From positions 1 through 28,407 of the IMG/VR virus record IMGVR_UViG_3300033067_000032: a stretch of 28,407 nt of DNA. One strand, given 5' to 3'. Position 1 is the first letter of the stretch; each line of letters starts with the position of its first letter. Both the position numbers and the translations under genes were made by a program. The stretch is from a virus. Lineage: Duplodnaviria > Caudoviricetes. The notes below the pieces were generated by a model. That model worked only from the letters and a program-made list of their open reading frames with translations. It made no database searches and was not told the DNA's origin. Below, piece by piece: positions 1 to 8,572 of this stretch.

Positions 1-945
1 CATGCGGTCAACTGTATAGGCTGCGGTGCCATTGAGAATGGTTTGAGAAGCGCCATTATTCCGCTGGTCAATCAGCATTCCACCATTGATAATGCGATTG
101 CGAGTTCCAGCAAGCTGGCCACCGTTCTGCATAGTAATTACAGCAGAGGAGGGGGTAGTGGCTCCAATGGCAGTCCCGTTTATTGAACAACCCGTAATAC
201 TTCCAGAGTTTATTGAACCACCCGTAATACTTACAGAGTTTATTGAACCACCCGTAATACTTCCAGAGTTTATTGAACCACCCGTAATACTTACAGAGTT
301 TATTGAACCACCCGTAATACTTACAGAGTTTGAGTTCTGTGTGGATAATGTCCCTAGTGCAAGCTGGGTCTTTAGGTAGGCTAGAGTCTTACGGATATAC
401 TTTCCAGCCCCAGTGCTCCACATTAACAAGTCATCTTGTACTTGAGTCCCAGATATATCTAAATATGCTCCATTACCAGCGCCGCCAGTCACACCATTTA
501 ATTGACTAAAGGTAACTGCGTCCTGTGGGTTAATTCCATCAACAAGATTTGTAATCTTATGAGTACCCATGTCCAAGTCTTGCTGTAATGAGCTTGATAG
601 GCGGCCATCTAATACTTCATGGATCGCCATCAAATTTTGCTTATTGCTTTCATCGAGATTCGATTCCTCGATAGACTCGCCATTTGAATAGTCATGGATG
701 AGGGCAGTCTTGCTTACGGTGCGCTTAAATACCACTGGCCACCCGGCTGTGAGTAATGCGCCATCTACGGTTACGAGACCGTCGTTGATCCACGTCAGTG
801 TACGATACACTGGAGCGCCTAAGCCATCAACCTCGTTGTTGACTTGGCAAGTAACTTCATTGCGGTTATTGAAGCCGAGGGCGAAGTTGATCGCATAGGT
901 GTTCGTAAGACCTGTAGCGGTGTATTGGATAATACTATACGCCAT
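1..945 (-). CDS. Tail fibre protein (T7 gp17-like N-terminal adaptor); partial, runs off the left edge
   Basis: Absent from the ORF track because it has no stop in the window. Hand translation from ATG at 945 (RBS AAGGAG at 956-951) is open for 315 codons: MAYSIIQYTATGLTNTYAINFALGF...FKRTVSKTALIHDYSNGESIEESNLDESNKQNLMAIHEVLDG...LDMGTHKITNLVDGINPQDAVT. This fits the T7-type fibre N-terminus; it is followed by LGTLSTQNSNSVSITGGSI repeats and RNRIINGGMLIDQR. It directly follows the gp16-like gene. Confidence 0.92.
   Translation of the reverse strand, partial: MAYSIIQYTATGLTNTYAINFALGFNNRNEVTCQVNNEVDGLGAPVYRTLTWINDGLVTVDGALLTAGWPVVFKRTVSKTALIHDYSNGESIEESNLDESNKQNLMAIHEVLDGRLSSSLQQDLDMGTHKITNLVDGINPQDAVTFSQLNGVTGGAGNGAYLDISGTQVQDDLLMWSTGAGKYIRKTLAYLKTQLALGTLSTQNSNSVSITGGSINSVSITGGSINSGSITGGSINSVSITGGSINSGSITGCSINGTAIGATTPSSAVITMQNGGQLAGTRNRIINGGMLIDQRNNGASQTILNGTAAYTVDRM
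181..330. repeat. Five tandem copies of a 30-bp unit within the tail fibre gene
   Basis: Unit TATTGAAC(C/A)ACCCGTAATACTT(A/C)CAGAGTT at 181, 211, 241, 271 and 301; encodes NS(V/G)SITG(G/C)SI on the minus strand. Confidence 0.98.
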
Positions 946-981
946 ATCTTCTCCTTAGCGTTAATGTTTGTACAAGTTGTA

Positions 982-1002
982 TACTAGGTACGAAGTGAAT
1001 TA
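982..1002 (-). promoter_or_regulatory. Putative phage RNA polymerase promoter upstream of the tail fibre
   Basis: TAATTCACTTCGTACCTAGTA, identical to copies at 12675-12695 and 16407-16427; intergenic and oriented with transcription. Confidence 0.88.
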
Positions 1003-1003
1003 G

Positions 1004-1035
1004 AAAAAGGAGGTGAGCATTACTGCCCACCACCT
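1004..1035 (-). terminator. Intrinsic terminator overlapping the gp16-like stop codon
   Basis: Minus strand GGTGGTGGGCA-GTAA-TGCTCACCTCC-TTTTT: 11-position stem with one T-T mismatch and one G-U pair, GNRA loop, 5-U tail. Confidence 0.7.
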
Positions 1036-4000
1036 GATTTTACTAGAGTATTTAGAAGGTCTACTGAGTCGCTCTCTTTCTTAGCCTTTGGCTTAGGAAT
1101 ATCAACCTTACCGCCCACCTTGATAGGTTTCATTGGCTTGGCTTCCTTCGGAGCTTTTGGTACAGTAGGTGCAGGAGCAGGTTTAGACGCTGGCTGTTCT
1201 TGACCGCCAGAAATCGCATTCTCTGCATTGATCTCACCACGAGTCTTTGCGCTATCCTTCAGTTGATTGAAGATGTAGCTAAAGCCCAGAGCATTCCCGA
1301 TAAGGGGAGTAGCTTGGATCGCGTTGATGTCTGATTTAGTGTATTGCCCAGTAGCGAGATGCTTGTATCCGATAGGAGCCATAGCAAGCCGCGATAGGGT
1401 GGGAAACATTGGAGGTATTGGGATCAGAGGAGACCCACCACCCATTGTGCCGTAGTTATTCATCTTGTAATCTTGAAGACCTGTCATCTGAGCTACAGGG
1501 TCGATGAACGAAGGAATAACAGAGGTCATGTTGCTAAGGTTGAAAGCACCTCTAGCGATATGCTCTGCATCTAGGTTCTCGTCCTTACCGGAGAGTCCTT
1601 GCTTCGCAGCGTATACCGCAGCAGCAGTACCGAGTCCATATAGGAAGCCTGTAGCGGATACTGTATCCATGATACGAGCATTGCGTAGGAGTTGCTTCTG
1701 TAGCGACAGCATGGTGAAGTTCTTGAGGTGCATAAGCATAGCCCCAGTATCACGGTGCATCCATAGAGAGTCTTCACCCTTCATGGCTTTCTGCACTACC
1801 TGATGTGTGTGGCGGTTCAGCACGTTCACGAATTCCTCGAAGTCATTCGGATTCCACTTCTCAGGATTCAGGGCTTTGATCCCGCCATCCTTCTCGAACT
1901 CAATCGTTCCATCTTTGAAGTATTTTCCGATGCGCTCTGCGGACTTAGCCGACAGGCCCATATCTTCGAGTCTGCGTTCGCTTATCAACTTACCTTCGTT
2001 ATACATCTGACCGAGACGGTGCATCATACCACGAATAGCGATACGCTGTTGAAGCTGTTTCACATAGTAGAACCCTGTGACATAGCCTTGCATACGTTGT
2101 CCTTTAGAACCCATACGATCAAGCCAGTTCCCTAGGTCACTATAGTGTCCGGGATCATTACGCATTGCATCAAGCATAAGGTCTTCTCGGATAGCCATGT
2201 GCTCTCCGTCGATAGGAGCCAGCCATTTACTAAGCTCACGCATAGCTTGGTTGTTGCCTTTACCACTCAACATATCACGTACTTCCTTACGAGTGGTCTG
2301 GATGAATACCTTCACGCCCATCGCAGCTATGTTCACTCCGGTCTCTGCCATCTGTGTTAAGCCAAGGCTATTTAGTAGCGAGAGATTTGTGAGTTGATTT
2401 GCACGACGAATCCAAGGATTCAATCCACCAGCAATCGCACCACCACTAAAGTGGGAGTACAATCCATCGTAGAAGTCATCGGGTATATGTTGCTTGCCAG
2501 ACTGTCCAACCTCGTCATCTTTGATAGCACGAACGATGTCTTTCCAATCGGCACGTTGAATCCCATGACGGGCTAGTGCAGCAGCCCCAGCAACCTGACG
2601 GGAGTACGCAGTATGCACACGAACCACGTCTGTGTCTAGCAGATCGTTGATTGTGTAGTCTGTTCCCTCGATTTTAGTACGGGCATCAATGTCAGTACGT
2701 TTCTTGAGGACAGATTCTTTCTTGCTGTCAGCTTTCGAGGCTTTAAGTTCTTCGATTACTTTCTCCGCAACCTTCTTGCTTACACCATTGTCGATGAGCA
2801 TCTGGGTTGCGAATTCAGCGCCCTCTTGATCGAGGAGTCGCTTCACGTTAGTATCAATACCGCGCTCCTTAGCAATAGCACGACGAGTGATTGCTTTAGC
2901 CATAGCCATAGCAGTCTTGTCATCCCATCCGTGGATGGCTTGGTATTGTTTCTGTAGGGTACGTTCGATAGCAGCACGAGCGTCTTTGATTCCGTCTTCA
3001 GTCATGCGGCGGATAAGTGCCGTGACTTTCTGACCAGACCAACGCTGTGGGAAGTACCCAGATTTGGTTTCAAGGTTCTCTGCACCACGGACTGATGTCT
3101 CGCCTTGTCGGCCACGGAGAATCTCCAAGGCACGGGCATAGGCGTTATCAGCATGGTCAGCGAACTCTTTGATAGCTTGCAGTGTGTCAGGATGCGATCC
3201 ACCATCATGGTAGCGGCTATCCATCTCCACCTTGAACTCTTGGTTAAACTTCTCACGTAGAGCGGGAGTAGCCAGAGCCTCAGCGGTCGGTACATTTGAT
3301 TTGCGTTCTTTGAGCCACTTATTAAAGGCGGTATTATAGTTCACGTTCACATCATGTGAGATGTTCGAGAGATACATGTCATACAGCAAAGCAGCGGAAC
3401 GGTTGTTCCGTACAAGTCCAGCAGGAGACTCAAGCAGCTTGTATGCCAGAGCACGAGCCATAGGAGACGGACTATTCCACAGACGATCAAAGTCAGCAGC
3501 ATAGGGAGTCTTCTGAATCATGTCATACATCTTACGAGCAGCACGACCAGCACGGGTATTCGGGAAGGCGAAGTCACCAGCAGTACCGAGGCCATGTTCT
3601 TGGTTGAAGCGTACAGCTTCGTCCTTCATCCGCTTACCTTCCTCATTCAGGTTAGCATACGGATCAGGGCCAGTTGACTCTGAGGTACTGGATGCACCAA
3701 CAGAATCCCCGTTACGATCCAATAGACGTTTAGGATTATCAACGGCATCCATATCAGCACGATCTTTTTTCAAGGTGTCGCGTTTTGCACGGAGTTCATC
3801 GCGCATAGCTATCTCATCTTCAGATAGGTCTTTATATGTACCATCCTCGTAGGGAGCAAGTTCCTTCTCCACATCCTTTAATTTAGCATCCTGTATACTT
3901 CTGATGGCAGCCTTGTCTTCTTCTGATTTCGCCGCATACCGTTTCTGTGCTGGAGTAAGTTCTGGCTTGTGTGCATCGGGAGTAAGGAGTTTTTGTTTCT

Positions 4001-5042
4001 TCATCTCCTCGATACGTTGATCGGCTAGTTTAGCCATAGCGTCTTTGATCGGCTGACGACCAGCATCACCAACAGGCAGTGCATCATGCTCTTTTTCGAG
4101 ATCAGCCATTTGCTTTTCAAGGCTACCGATATTCTCGGATACCTTGGCTTGCTCTTCAACGGTTGTCTTATGTCCTTCTAAATCGAAGGTGGGGTCGGCT
4201 TCAGGATGCGAACTCTGATAGTCACGGTTTCCCGTTTGGCCATCAGCTACGCTCTCTGCAAAGTCCTTGCGGAGATTAGCAGCCGATGCGTTTACTTGTT
4301 CTTCAAGCGAGAGCTTCTTACCTCGCAGAGCACCAGTAGCCGTACCAAATACTAAGCCACCCATAGCCATTTGTGGTAAATCTGTCCAATCACCCGTAGG
4401 TGCTGTAGCTGCATGTCCCGCCCCAACAATTAGACCGGATTCTAAACCAGCTGCGCCAGTACTGATAGCTCGTCCAATTCGTCCGAGTTTTGCTGCTTGT
4501 ACCCCAGCTTTTGCTTCTAGGTATGAGCCGCCAGATAAGAATGTTATTGGAGCATCAAGATCAACTACTCCACCAAGCATATAGGAAGCATAACCAACAG
4601 CGCCCGAATGCTGAACTACCTGTAGGTCTTCAAGACTCTTTAGTAATTCTCCTTTTAGTGTCTGTGCTTCGGTCAATGATCTCACACCATCAAACTTATC
4701 CCAGTACTCCATAGGCACATCTTTTTGTAATTCAGCCCAATGATCTTTTAATTTGAAATTCGGGTCAGTATCCATCAGATGACGTTCTGACCAGCGATAG
4801 GCGTTCGCGGCAAAGGAGTCTCTGAGAGCAGCTACTGCTTGGGTGTATAAAGGCAGTTTATCAACTTCCTTTTGCTTATCAACAGTGGTTGATTGAGGGG
4901 TGGCTCCTAATATATCAGGAACCACCCGATTAGCATTTGCATCACTTTGTGCCGCTAATGCTTCAACAGAACTAGGATCATATTTAGGAACTCCAGAAGC
5001 CACGTCGATGGAGTCCTCTAAAGACATGTCGCCTGTATTCAT
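1020..5042 (-). CDS. Internal virion/ejection protein D (T7 gp16-like)
   Basis: 1340 aa, third of three internal virion genes and directly before the tail fibre. Has a Gly/Ala-rich hydrophobic segment near the N-terminus (GAAGLESGLIVGAG), a YFPQRW motif and a helical C-terminal region. Confidence 0.85.
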   Translation of the reverse strand: MNTGDMSLEDSIDVASGVPKYDPSSVEALAAQSDANANRVVPDILGATPQSTTVDKQKEVDKLPLYTQAVAALRDSFAANAYRWSERHLMDTDPNFKLKDHWAELQKDVPMEYWDKFDGVRSLTEAQTLKGELLKSLEDLQVVQHSGAVGYASYMLGGVVDLDAPITFLSGGSYLEAKAGVQAAKLGRIGRAISTGAAGLESGLIVGAGHAATAPTGDWTDLPQMAMGGLVFGTATGALRGKKLSLEEQVNASAANLRKDFAESVADGQTGNRDYQSSHPEADPTFDLEGHKTTVEEQAKVSENIGSLEKQMADLEKEHDALPVGDAGRQPIKDAMAKLADQRIEEMKKQKLLTPDAHKPELTPAQKRYAAKSEEDKAAIRSIQDAKLKDVEKELAPYEDGTYKDLSEDEIAMRDELRAKRDTLKKDRADMDAVDNPKRLLDRNGDSVGASSTSESTGPDPYANLNEEGKRMKDEAVRFNQEHGLGTAGDFAFPNTRAGRAARKMYDMIQKTPYAADFDRLWNSPSPMARALAYKLLESPAGLVRNNRSAALLYDMYLSNISHDVNVNYNTAFNKWLKERKSNVPTAEALATPALREKFNQEFKVEMDSRYHDGGSHPDTLQAIKEFADHADNAYARALEILRGRQGETSVRGAENLETKSGYFPQRWSGQKVTALIRRMTEDGIKDARAAIERTLQKQYQAIHGWDDKTAMAMAKAITRRAIAKERGIDTNVKRLLDQEGAEFATQMLIDNGVSKKVAEKVIEELKASKADSKKESVLKKRTDIDARTKIEGTDYTINDLLDTDVVRVHTAYSRQVAGAAALARHGIQRADWKDIVRAIKDDEVGQSGKQHIPDDFYDGLYSHFSGGAIAGGLNPWIRRANQLTNLSLLNSLGLTQMAETGVNIAAMGVKVFIQTTRKEVRDMLSGKGNNQAMRELSKWLAPIDGEHMAIREDLMLDAMRNDPGHYSDLGNWLDRMGSKGQRMQGYVTGFYYVKQLQQRIAIRGMMHRLGQMYNEGKLISERRLEDMGLSAKSAERIGKYFKDGTIEFEKDGGIKALNPEKWNPNDFEEFVNVLNRHTHQVVQKAMKGEDSLWMHRDTGAMLMHLKNFTMLSLQKQLLRNARIMDTVSATGFLYGLGTAAAVYAAKQGLSGKDENLDAEHIARGAFNLSNMTSVIPSFIDPVAQMTGLQDYKMNNYGTMGGGSPLIPIPPMFPTLSRLAMAPIGYKHLATGQYTKSDINAIQATPLIGNALGFSYIFNQLKDSAKTRGEINAENAISGGQEQPASKPAPAPTVPKAPKEAKPMKPIKVGGKVDIPKPKAKKESDSVDLLNTLVKSGGGQ

Positions 5043-5044
5043 AT

Positions 5045-7894
5045 TTAATCTCCCTGTTTACCACGACCTAATAGAAGTGGTTGTAAATTTATACCATTCT
5101 CATCGTAATCCTTGGATTTATTTATTTTGTATACTGCTCCAATCTCTGAAGCAGGAATACGCTGCGGATTATTATCTGTGAGAATCTTATTGTAGTCTTG
5201 GTAAAGTTCAATGACTACTTCATTTGTGTCGGCATCATACCGAGCGTAATATGGAGGTAATCCTTTGTAGGCATTACGAAGAGTATTACCCATAGCTTCC
5301 AATGAAGGTTGTGGGATGTTCCCCTCGAATCCGGGAATGTGGTATCCTCGATAGGAACCATCTGGATTACGAGCAAGAACTTGAGTATCGTCCCATCTAG
5401 GGCCAAATCTCTCTTTCCCTTTTGTTCGCATCCACTCGTCAACAGCAGCACCAACGATGTTATTCTGATTGCTATTTAATCCCATAGCTTCTCTTATGGT
5501 TTGAGCAGAACCGCCCTTAAGCACATTACCTTGTACTAGTTCTAGATTTGGAGCAAGGTTCTTCATTGCTTGAGCGACTGCTATATCAGGATGATTAGCC
5601 AGCGAGGGTGTCCGCATTATAACTCGAACCGATTCCGTCTGTAACATACCCGTAAAATTCGGGTCTGTCTTAAGGCGGTTGATCTGCCAATCTGGCATAT
5701 CACTGTAGTTCTGAGCATTGCTCGTGCCAAATGTAGCTAGTACTGTTGGAGAGATTTTATCAACGTACTTCTGCATAGCAGCGGATAGTACATCCGGTTT
5801 AATCCCCGGTAGTGATCCCTTCCCATTTATACGTTCGTTCTCTAGTATCTCAAGTGCAGTCAATAGAGCTTGTTCTGGATTTAGATTAGAGGCATCATAG
5901 GATTCTGCCATAGTGAGTAGGGCTTGTGTGTTAGCATCCCCAACGTATTTATTAGCATAGCCATGATTAGAATTCTTAGCTAACCAAAGATAATCCTTGT
6001 AAGCATTCAAGGCTTCGGGTTTTAGTACACCTTTGCCATCTGTCAGCTTACCAGCCAATCCAGATTGCATCTGACCAGACCACACGGAGTCAACGGCATT
6101 ACGTTCGATGAGGAACTTGCCATGAGCTTCACGGACTTTATCGTTCTGCTGCTCCGTGGTTAAACCCGGTTCCGCAGCCACCGCAGCAATAGTCTGAGCA
6201 CGGTGTTCTTCGATAGTCTTGTTCTGTTGGTCGGCAGGAAGTGTCTGATACAGGCTGGAGCTATTCATAGCATTCGAGCGCAGTAACTTCGCATCACGTT
6301 CCTTCTGTTGTGATTCCACACCAGAGGTTACACGAGAGGCCATCGACTTTTTCCACTCATCAGAGTAGCCATTCTGAGCAGCTACACGAGCGATGTCATC
6401 AAGACGAGCAGGAAGGTTGCCCTCCATCTTCGCTTGGTTCTCGATGGATTCTTCGGTAAGGATACGAGTCTTGTCGAATTCGAGTGATTTAGCTTGCTCT
6501 CCGGCGCGGCTAGAGGCTATTGCTGATTCTACTTGAGCTAAAGAATACCCATTAGCTATTAGATTCTTCGCCATAGCTGATTCGCTTACCATGCCTTGAA
6601 CAGTTTGCGTCAGAGTGGTAGCACTGTTGCTATCCGTGTCGAGCTTGTTCAGGCGTTGTAGCCAGCCATCCAGATACTTTGCTTTCGTAGGATCGTTCTG
6701 TGCGATCTCGATGTAGTGCTCACGACGAGCAGCCAGAAGCTCCTTAGCTCCACCACCAGTCTTAGCAATCTCAGCGAGAGTCTTCTTCATCCAAGGCGCA
6801 CCTTGGTTGACTGCACCATCGAACGCAATGATTGCCATATCAGCGGGAAGGCTACCTGCACCAATCTCATCCCAGTATTTCTTACTGTACGTGTCCTTGG
6901 CGATAGCTTTAGCACCAGCAGTATCTCCAGCATCATACGCAGCTTTCATGAGCTTGTATTCTTCTGGGTTGGCTTCACTGTTGATCCCGTATAGGGTTGG
7001 GCCTTTGCCGCCATCGTTCGATACGAACCCACCTTCGACCTGAGCCACAAAGCTCATAGCCTGTGCCTTTACTTGATCGGCAGGAGGTAAATCTTTCGAC
7101 GTGATAAGAGCTTGCTGTACATCCTTTCCAGATATAGCGTCACGCAATACAAAGTTTTTATTTTTGTTTGCATAGTTAAGCATATTGATAACTGCTTCTC
7201 TATGCCGTTCTGGAGATAGCCCAGACATCTCTGGATTCAACAATTCTCTTATGTGATCTGGAGATACGCCCGGTTTCTCAGACTCCGAGATTCCCATAGC
7301 TTGATAACTATTGAACGTCTCGTTCTCTTTCCATGCGTTATGGGCTAAAGTTTGCTCTGCTACCAGTTTAGGCATAGTATCTTCTGCGGAGGCTGATAAA
7401 AGCTGCTTCACAAAAGGATCGTTACTGTTACCAACTTTATTACTTAAATCTTCGTAGGCTTTAGAAAGTGAAGTCCTGAATTCATCTGGAGACTTCATCT
7501 TGTCTGTTGTAGCTATCTGTTCGCGCATATCTGCTGCGAATTGATTAGAGGCAGTTCTGACATTCATAGTCATGAACCCGCCAAGTGTGTATTTGTTGCC
7601 AGTAGCGCGAATCTCGTCCTCGGTTTTGCCTTGCGCGTAAGCTAACTTACCATCAAGCTCCCACTGGTCTTTCTTGTCTTCGAGATACTTTCCGTAGATC
7701 GTTGACGCAGTACCAAGCAGGTTGGCGATAGCACGTTGACCGTCACCTATGTGCGAGGTGTCGTAGCCAGCTACCCCACCAGCACCTCCACCACGGATGG
7801 CTTCTGGAGCTTTGAATATACCTAGCTTTGGCGATAGCGGATCGTTGACTACCTGACGGGTAGCGCTTCCGAACTTGCCTTGTTCATCTGCCAA
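5045..7894 (-). CDS. Internal virion/ejection protein C (T7 gp15 position) with an embedded GH108-type peptidoglycan hydrolase domain
   Basis: 949 aa, TTG start with AGGAGA RBS 6 nt upstream; synteny. Motifs EGGFVSNDGGKGPTLYGIN, YSKKYWD, FDGAVNQG, ARREHY and YLDGWLQRL match GH108 plus its C-terminal peptidoglycan-binding helices. Confidence 0.85.
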   Translation of the reverse strand: MADEQGKFGSATRQVVNDPLSPKLGIFKAPEAIRGGGAGGVAGYDTSHIGDGQRAIANLLGTASTIYGKYLEDKKDQWELDGKLAYAQGKTEDEIRATGNKYTLGGFMTMNVRTASNQFAADMREQIATTDKMKSPDEFRTSLSKAYEDLSNKVGNSNDPFVKQLLSASAEDTMPKLVAEQTLAHNAWKENETFNSYQAMGISESEKPGVSPDHIRELLNPEMSGLSPERHREAVINMLNYANKNKNFVLRDAISGKDVQQALITSKDLPPADQVKAQAMSFVAQVEGGFVSNDGGKGPTLYGINSEANPEEYKLMKAAYDAGDTAGAKAIAKDTYSKKYWDEIGAGSLPADMAIIAFDGAVNQGAPWMKKTLAEIAKTGGGAKELLAARREHYIEIAQNDPTKAKYLDGWLQRLNKLDTDSNSATTLTQTVQGMVSESAMAKNLIANGYSLAQVESAIASSRAGEQAKSLEFDKTRILTEESIENQAKMEGNLPARLDDIARVAAQNGYSDEWKKSMASRVTSGVESQQKERDAKLLRSNAMNSSSLYQTLPADQQNKTIEEHRAQTIAAVAAEPGLTTEQQNDKVREAHGKFLIERNAVDSVWSGQMQSGLAGKLTDGKGVLKPEALNAYKDYLWLAKNSNHGYANKYVGDANTQALLTMAESYDASNLNPEQALLTALEILENERINGKGSLPGIKPDVLSAAMQKYVDKISPTVLATFGTSNAQNYSDMPDWQINRLKTDPNFTGMLQTESVRVIMRTPSLANHPDIAVAQAMKNLAPNLELVQGNVLKGGSAQTIREAMGLNSNQNNIVGAAVDEWMRTKGKERFGPRWDDTQVLARNPDGSYRGYHIPGFEGNIPQPSLEAMGNTLRNAYKGLPPYYARYDADTNEVVIELYQDYNKILTDNNPQRIPASEIGAVYKINKSKDYDENGINLQPLLLGRGKQGD

Positions 7895-7915
7895 TGTAAT
7901 TCTCCTATAGGTTAA

Positions 7916-7941
7916 GTGGGCTGACGGTTAAGCCAGCCCAC
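7916..7941 (-). other. Intergenic RNA hairpin without a U-tract (processing, stability or attenuation element)
   Basis: GTGGGCTGGC-TTAACC-GTCAGCCCAC: 10-bp stem with one G-U pair, between the gp14-like and gp15-like genes. Confidence 0.7.
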
Positions 7942-7954
7942 GGTAGTATTGAAT

Positions 7955-8572
7955 TTAGAATCGGAATACCTGATTCTCTAAGTAGCTTGCCCCATTACGA
8001 ATGTTTCGCGTAATGTATCCAAACGAGGATTCATTGGCGGGAGCAGCTTCCATCTTAGAGATCGAGGGTGTAGCTCGATCACCCATACCATTCTTGCTTC
8101 CCATGTACGATGCCGCAGCACTGAGTAAATAGGAGCCAAGTTTAGGAGTGGGGATGTAGCTGTAGTCTTGAGCGTTAGCCGCAGACTGTGCAGATTGTTG
8201 GCGTTGACCCGCGAAACTCAGGTTAGAGTTCGTCATGTCATTCTGCCGTTGCCGTTCAGCGAGAGCAGCACTCCGGTTGATGTCAAGTTGAACTTGATTC
8301 ACCGAGCGGCCCTTAACCCCAGCAGCCGCAGCGGATACTTCCGACTGTGCTACTGACAGGAGGTTCTGTTGTTTGATTCCAACAGATTGATCTCCGTAAG
8401 CCTGATTCGTTGCGATCTGATTCTCAGTGATAACGTTTTGAGTCGTCGCGTCTGAGATACGAGCCATCGCGTTCTTGTAGGCTTGGTACGCTTTATTTGC
8501 CTTGGCAGTTGCCTTATCCGCACCGTACTGGCTTAACGATTGTGCTGCGGCCATTGCCGCCATCCAAAACAT
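7955..8572 (-). CDS. Internal virion protein B (T7 gp14-like)
   Basis: 205 aa, Ala/Gln-rich, hydrophobic start MFWMAAMAAA, AAAAGVKGRSV motif; follows tail tube B. Confidence 0.85.
   Translation of the reverse strand: MFWMAAMAAAQSLSQYGADKATAKANKAYQAYKNAMARISDATTQNVITENQIATNQAYGDQSVGIKQQNLLSVAQSEVSAAAAGVKGRSVNQVQLDINRSAALAERQRQNDMTNSNLSFAGQRQQSAQSAANAQDYSYIPTPKLGSYLLSAAASYMGSKNGMGDRATPSISKMEAAPANESSFGYITRNIRNGASYLENQVFRF

Noticed and set aside
181-330. Possible CRISPR array
   Set aside because: Units are head-to-tail with no unique spacers, are in frame within a gene, and there are no cas genes.
86-379. Plus-strand 97-aa ORF with EFIEPPVIL repeats
   Set aside because: Antisense shadow of the tail-fibre repeat; the minus-strand frame has the RBS, promoter and family motifs.
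1004-1017. Perfect Shine-Dalgarno AAAGGAGGTGA on the plus strand, or an anti-SD sequestering the tail-fibre RBS
   Set aside because: No suitable start codon or ORF follows on the plus strand. Pairing with the fibre RBS is only about 6 bp, and the sequence is better explained as the 3' arm and U-tail of a terminator.
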